A program made the position numbers and the translations under genes. Below the pieces are notes generated by a model. The model was given only the letters and a program-made list of their open reading frames with translations. It did not search any database and was not told where the DNA came from. This document shows positions 25,201 through 29,185 of a DNA stretch of 29,185 nt, piece by piece. This DNA is from a virus. Lineage: Duplodnaviria; Caudoviricetes. The first letter of the stretch is position 1. Each line of letters opens with the position of its first letter. The stretch covers positions 1 through 29,185 of the IMG/VR virus record IMGVR_UViG_3300022666_000097, one strand, 5' to 3'.

Positions 25201-25945
25201 CTTGCAATATATCCATTCGTTCTAATATATACGGATAATCGAACATAAATCCATTGAATGACATAATAACATCAGGATCATAATCCTTTATTATATCACA
25301 AAATGTTTCCAGCATCCAATATTCATCATTGCAAAATTTTATGACTTCATTATCATTACCATGCTTTGCAACTAATACCATCGATTTCCCATTATTAAAA
25401 CTAATCGAAATCATGATAATGGGATCTTCTTTCGGATTCGGAACTCCTGACACCGGAGGGCATACTTCGATATCGAATCCTAGTATTCTGATCGGAGCAT
25501 CTTCTTGGATATCAAGACCCTTTATTTCATTACCATCAGTTTCAATCCATTGCATACCACCGATATTAAAATCTGTTAAAAATCTTTGCGTCGCGTAAAG
25601 AACATCTGCTTCGTAACATTCTTCTATGAATTCAGATCCTTGCAGAAAGTCGCGAACTCTCGGAACTTGACTCGGTTGATAAACAATAACTTTGATAACT
25701 TTGGTTTTTTCGGTCTGGAATCCAATGGGAAGAAATTTCATAACCGGATGAAAACTTTCTACTTCCGGAATTTCTTCCAAGATCCTGCATGCCATATCGA
25801 AATCTGTTGGTTTTATATAAAAATATGGCGCGAATCCAGATACAACATGACTGACAGAAGATCCATCATCGGATCTACCATACATCATAATGCCAGGCTT
25901 ATTATTATTATTAATATATTTTGTACTTATTAGTTGAAATTTCAT
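22229..25945 (-). CDS. polB: Family B DNA polymerase precursor with one intein (832 aa after splicing)
   Basis: Exo I FDIE, Exo II FNGFMFDYPY, Exo III YAVRD, motif A DYKSLYPS, motif B KILLNSFYG, motif C GD/TDS split by the intein, KKRY. Confidence 0.97.
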   Translation of the reverse strand: MKFQLISTKYINNNNKPGIMMYGRSDDGSSVSHVVSGFAPYFYIKPTDFDMACRILEEIPEVESFHPVMKFLPIGFQTEKTKVIKVIVYQPSQVPRVRDFLQGSEFIEECYEADVLYATQRFLTDFNIGGMQWIETDGNEIKGLDIQEDAPIRILGFDIEVCPPVSGVPNPKEDPIIMISISFNNGKSMVLVAKHGNDNEVIKFCNDEYWMLETFCDIIKDYDPDVIMSFNGFMFDYPYILERMDILQVCNNFGRDGSPFVIKEFGSKREVNIIGRVSIDLLEAIKNNYSLNSYSLENVSKELLNRPKLDIKASQMRHIWLEGSESELQEFIDYAVRDADLLQDIINQLKLIDRYISISKESGLLLHEVINGGQSRRIESLLLKEFYKEDRLWPLKTRKKQMGESVEGATVFEPERGLQEKLIVMDYKSLYPSAIRAFNICWSSIIDDENVGIKTILAPNNVRYSDHSVYEGIMPRILTRLYNKRVALKKMMKETDDQDEKEFYDNQQYAVKILLNSFYGYTGAPSGRLYEPRLANSVTSVGRMAIALTKETAESLVDCRVVGGDSVTADRFVTLKKSDGNIVIRNMESLFDELSSNGIILHGEKEYAVCKGEYFALSFDTDLNPVWNSIRCVMRHKNSKRIYRVIQKYGETRVTEDHSIMTYLDDRLIETKPTDIIGKRKIASIIENIDHDSNNIIDLYKYIKHYKYGIVYKKREKIVCFKLVDNGKRISFGWTNRKNEVSIKRYVSGNDLEKLCRLMGAFVSEGAASNHLTNSCGNAIFSISCGDEEWLRQLRDDYFSLVTNMIYPNILRTNKELKYYKDHEYEDNTLSLRIGNQFTCAFFSALCGQGCRNKRLPDFVFNIDTHYQQIIYENMLKGDGSIDKKGRISYSSLSLELISDLTLLLNMMNKKYSLSYNQSKGEYRLRETYSHDDNQVSTKIIEEEYDGYVYDITVDNDHMFVDSCGQILLHNTDSVFIKLNNIKTPDEGKEKAKIIHDAMLTKLPPPMEIDFECWAERAIIFEKKRYAMWIFEPSKDRWKDKMKYRGIEVRRRDWVKLVGETMDKVLHMVLQEGDVTGAWNLTNSVIEEVRGLKDIRTNDDLANKLILSRKVGDLNKYKNVQPHVTVCKKMQSRGEQPYGLGDRAMYMALPGASRGNISELVDTPEWIRNHGNGRIDSEWYIENQLKPPLERLFEAIGIDINTGKKILDQESLFGYEEVEKPKEVIKPRKQKVGLFAFK
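23033..24250 (-). mobile_element. Intein (406 aa) with LAGLIDADG-type homing endonuclease in polB motif C
   Basis: GGD|SVTAD..VTEDHS..LMGAFVSEG..MLKGDGS..VYDITV..LLHN|TDS; visibly more AT-rich than the exteins. Confidence 0.93.
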
Positions 25946-25956
25946 ACTGTCCTCAT

Positions 25957-26163
25957 TTAATTAATTATTTTTATCCAAGTAATATTAATAACTATTCCCA
26001 ATGCCGCAATACAAATTTTCATTGATGTATCAATATCATCATTATATACTGTCAATACCGAAGTCGTTGCAATCAACGGCAAAAATGCTATAACTATCAC
26101 GAAAACGACTACTAGACTGTTCGTAATCGAATCTATCCAATCCCAATCATTGGATTTTGGCAT
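25957..26163 (-). CDS. Small 2-TM membrane protein
   Basis: AGGAGGTGA RBS; two hydrophobic stretches. Confidence 0.65.
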   Translation of the reverse strand: MPKSNDWDWIDSITNSLVVVFVIVIAFLPLIATTSVLTVYNDDIDTSMKICIAALGIVINITWIKIIN

Positions 26164-26202
26164 GTTATCACCTCCTATAAAAAATATATATAAACATTGT
26201 GG

Positions 26203-26391
26203 TCAATCTGTTTCCATTACTTCGGTATATTGAATATCTCCTACATGTTCGACTTCATAATCTTCTTTCTTTAATGATGTTTTTGTTATTTCTACCGCAT
26301 CCTCGGGCGATTTAGCATCTACGTAAGCTATAGCAGATGCAATTGCTGTCACAACTACTGCTACTTTATATGATTTCATTTCCTTTGTCAT
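26203..26391 (-). CDS. Small hypothetical protein
   Basis: GAGGG RBS; V.A.S.EDA.E pattern common in small viral proteins. Confidence 0.6.
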   Translation of the reverse strand: MTKEMKSYKVAVVVTAIASAIAYVDAKSPEDAVEITKTSLKKEDYEVEHVGDIQYTEVMETD

Positions 26392-26409
26392 TGTTAATTT
26401 CCCTCATTT

Positions 26410-26658
26410 CTAATCTTTATTTACCACATACTTCCATTTTTCATTTCTACTTTCCAACCAATATGCCAAAATACATAACATCAACCATACTATTTCCAAT
26501 ATTATTGACTTTATTGATATTTCCCACAATATAATAATAGGAAGTAACATAAATCCTATTATAAACATCCAACTAATCATATATATCAAATATGTAACAT
26601 ATGGATCTAGTTTCTTTCCAATACCCAAATTCTCAACCTCCGAATAATTCTTGCTCAT
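26410..26658 (-). CDS. Small 2-TM membrane protein
   Basis: Two long hydrophobic stretches. Confidence 0.6.
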   Translation of the reverse strand: MSKNYSEVENLGIGKKLDPYVTYLIYMISWMFIIGFMLLPIIILWEISIKSIILEIVWLMLCILAYWLESRNEKWKYVVNKD

Positions 26659-26677
26659 TATATCTATTTAAACCTTT

Positions 26678-27163
26678 TCACCAGACTTCATCATTTATGT
26701 ACTTACTCAGATTATGTATAGTATAGTAACCAACCCACGATGCTCTGCCGTGCCATCTTACTGAATTAACATAAGTAATTCGTTCAATACGAAAGATTCC
26801 GATTCGTTTGGATGCCATTCCAGTACAGACATAATCAAGTTCTTGTATTCTAGTACTGGTTGGTCCGGTTCCCCATAATGGGAAACTTTTTTGTCTTGCT
26901 CTGAATTTATCATCCACTCCTTCAAATGCATCCATACAAATGAAATTAGCAAGATTAACATAATTAAATATAGGTCTTCGTGCCATAAACTTCCTCCTGA
27001 CCTTTGATGGTTCCTTTATTTTCTTAATATCATTTTCACTAAGTTTTGCAAACATCATCCAATACACTAAACTATATACTTCACTGTTTTTAATACTATC
27101 CAACCATTTATATATATTTATATAAATTCTATCGATAATATTAAAAATTGAAATATATTTCAT
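26678..27163 (-). CDS. Hypothetical protein
   Basis: AGGTGA RBS; starts 4 nt after the helicase stop. Confidence 0.65.
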   Translation of the reverse strand: MKYISIFNIIDRIYINIYKWLDSIKNSEVYSLVYWMMFAKLSENDIKKIKEPSKVRRKFMARRPIFNYVNLANFICMDAFEGVDDKFRARQKSFPLWGTGPTSTRIQELDYVCTGMASKRIGIFRIERITYVNSVRWHGRASWVGYYTIHNLSKYINDEVW

Positions 27164-27166
27164 GTC

Positions 27167-28798
27167 TCACCTTCCCCATATGAATGCTTCCTTAAACCAA
27201 TCAGCGAACAAATAATTAAAACTCCTATAGAACCATCCAAATGACTCATCCAATATATATGTTTCGCTGTAATCATCGGGAGATCTAGTGGCTCTACCGC
27301 ATGCTTGTTGCACTAATGTAGCCAGACTCAAGTTATACCATTTTTTGTTATCATATGCATTTCTCTGTTCCACATATGCATCATATGGATTCATGAAAGG
27401 TGCTTTGGCTATGACATTCATTGGATATTCTGGACCATCCAATGATAATCCTTCTTCGTAGCGAACTGACAAAAATATTGCATCATCCAATCTTTGCCAG
27501 TGCAATAAACTACCTTCCCTGTCTGTTCGATCTTGTAGAATAACATTCCTATGTAAATGATATAAGTGTTCAGATAGTAATTCAGCTACCGCATATGATC
27601 CACAATGTACCAATGTTTTTCTACTATATAGATCATGAAGGAACTTTATCTTTTCTGCCATCAATGGTGCTGTCTTTTCTTTGACATTGTTATTCATCTT
27701 ACCGACTGGTGTGTAATGAATCAGTCGCCTCGACTTATCAATGGGATGTTTCATGACGACAGATTCATAATCATTTGTCAGTAATGATGTAGTCGGAGTT
27801 CCGGATGCCAAAATAACGAATTCCTTATCACGAATCAAGTCCTGAAATGGCAACCTTGCATCCATCAAGCGGAAATAAGTCTTTATGGTCGGAACTTTCT
27901 TACCAATGTTAGGATTCCATACATCTTCTTTTTCGCCAACTAACGCATACTTTACACCAGAATTGATATATCGCAATGCTCTGCCGCATGCCATAGCTTG
28001 ATTGTTGACATGCATGTAGTCAGAACTCATTCTCCTCAATTTCTTGATTTCTTTGTCATCTGGTTTTCCATTACCATCGTTAAATAATTCTTTCCGATAT
28101 GATGAGCATGCTACTTTCAGATCCTGTGACAACAATCTCAATTCATCATATCTGCGTTCTATATGATTAGTAATATCGAACCGGGCTTTATCGGTTGCCA
28201 AATATGTATTGGTAGATTTAAGCAAGGCATCTACTTCTTTCCAATTCCGACTGTTCGGGATCTTCTTATCCATACCAAGGTCAATACTGGTTCTTTCGAT
28301 CAATGCATTTTCAAGTTCCGTAGATTCATCTATCATTAGGACTTGAGTATCCCCATTGATCGTAGGATCCATCAAATATCTGGCAAAGGTTGTTGCCCCG
28401 AATTTCGCTTCATGAAATTTCCTCTTGGCCATCCGATATGTACAATCATCACAACTTACGAATCCTTCTTCCTTGGAAGAAAAAGGACATTCAGCGGCAG
28501 TACACCCTTCGATTGCTTCACAACTATAATTTGACTTGCCAACTAATTTCGGAAGATCAAATAAATTACCCTGTTCGATTAAACTTACTTGAGGAGATGT
28601 AAATCTAATATTCTCCATCGCGAATTCTTTTTCTAGTATTCTTCCCACGCAATATAAAATGACCGTCTTTCCAGCTGCCGTGGGGGCATCCAATTCGATG
28701 ACTTGCTTTTCGTGTTCGAAAGCAGATATAATATCATGAATGGCTTTTTCTTGACCCGCCCTAAAAGAATTATATGGACTATATTTTTCATATGCCAT
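27167..28798 (-). CDS. SF2 helicase, DinG/XPD-like, with Cys cluster
   Basis: R.GQ Q-motif, APTAAGKT, Cys cluster (C..C..CP..CDDC.Y), IDEST, SGT, EGLSL, QACGRATRSPDDY..YILD. Confidence 0.88.
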   Translation of the reverse strand: MAYEKYSPYNSFRAGQEKAIHDIISAFEHEKQVIELDAPTAAGKTVILYCVGRILEKEFAMENIRFTSPQVSLIEQGNLFDLPKLVGKSNYSCEAIEGCTAAECPFSSKEEGFVSCDDCTYRMAKRKFHEAKFGATTFARYLMDPTINGDTQVLMIDESTELENALIERTSIDLGMDKKIPNSRNWKEVDALLKSTNTYLATDKARFDITNHIERRYDELRLLSQDLKVACSSYRKELFNDGNGKPDDKEIKKLRRMSSDYMHVNNQAMACGRALRYINSGVKYALVGEKEDVWNPNIGKKVPTIKTYFRLMDARLPFQDLIRDKEFVILASGTPTTSLLTNDYESVVMKHPIDKSRRLIHYTPVGKMNNNVKEKTAPLMAEKIKFLHDLYSRKTLVHCGSYAVAELLSEHLYHLHRNVILQDRTDREGSLLHWQRLDDAIFLSVRYEEGLSLDGPEYPMNVIAKAPFMNPYDAYVEQRNAYDNKKWYNLSLATLVQQACGRATRSPDDYSETYILDESFGWFYRSFNYLFADWFKEAFIWGR

Positions 28799-29130
28799 TA
28801 ATTATTGCCTCCTTTCGGATCAACCTGATCAATGAATTTCTGCCAAAACTCAGTAAATTCATCCGGCGGAAGGCTTTCTAACCATTTCTTAATTCCCACT
28901 GGTCTGCCTTTTTTTACACCTTGTCTATAATTCTGATATAATTCTGATAATCCACTTTCGATATGTTCGCGACCTGGCATCGATCCATAATTTTCTATAC
29001 ATATCGGACCTACTCCCCGAATCCTGGACAATGAATTATCCAAGGTCCTGCCGCACCAATAACATGTAATTATTCCGTCACCCTTTGGTTTGACTCTGAA
29101 AATTTCCCGGCCTTTTATCTTCAAGGTCAT
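28798..29130 (-). CDS. DUF6011-like Zn-finger protein
   Basis: CYWCGRTL...SRIRGVGPIC; TAATG overlap with the helicase. Confidence 0.75.
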   Translation of the reverse strand: MTLKIKGREIFRVKPKGDGIITCYWCGRTLDNSLSRIRGVGPICIENYGSMPGREHIESGLSELYQNYRQGVKKGRPVGIKKWLESLPPDEFTEFWQKFIDQVDPKGGNN

Positions 29131-29185
29131 ATAATTTCCAGATAATCCTTGTTCGACCTTCCGGCTGAATTCTTCAAACGCAACA

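Noticed and set aside
1-29185. tRNA/rRNA genes, virion structural genes, Borg-type tandem repeats
   Set aside because: None recognised by eye; intergenic gaps are short and AT-rich. tRNAscan-SE would be needed to exclude tRNAs formally.

Overview
AT-rich, densely packed replication and DNA-modification region, almost all on the minus strand. It is most likely from a large archaeal dsDNA virus or virus-like element. Archaeal BRE/TATA promoters, GGAG/GGTGA ribosome sites, an archaeal-type Hpt and a PKD module point to a methanogen-type host (inference). No capsid or tail genes are in the window. It carries a complete preQ0 pathway (folE, queD, queE, queC) and three tandem TGT/DpdA-family transglycosylase paralogs, each with intact catalytic and Zn motifs. 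The replisome comprises an intein-containing PolB, a PCNA-like clamp, an RFC/gp44-type ATPase, a gp62-like subunit and a DinG/XPD-like helicase. Also present are nucleotide-metabolism enzymes, nucleases, an N6/N4 DNA methyltransferase and many small Zn-finger ORFs. Highlights: (1) the DpdA triplet, two members of which end in the same [SNG]LF-x-aromatic tail as PolB and the clamp loader, suggesting clamp-coupled 7-deazaguanine installation; (2) a split TnpB, whose N-terminal HTH (an ORF missing from the track, 20961-21116) lies about 1.45 kb upstream of the RuvC body, with a methyltransferase, a small ORF and a truncated PD-(D/E)XK nuclease in between, and whose omegaRNA region has an internal duplication; (3) many paralog pairs. 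All calls come from manual motif reading; no database searches were run.
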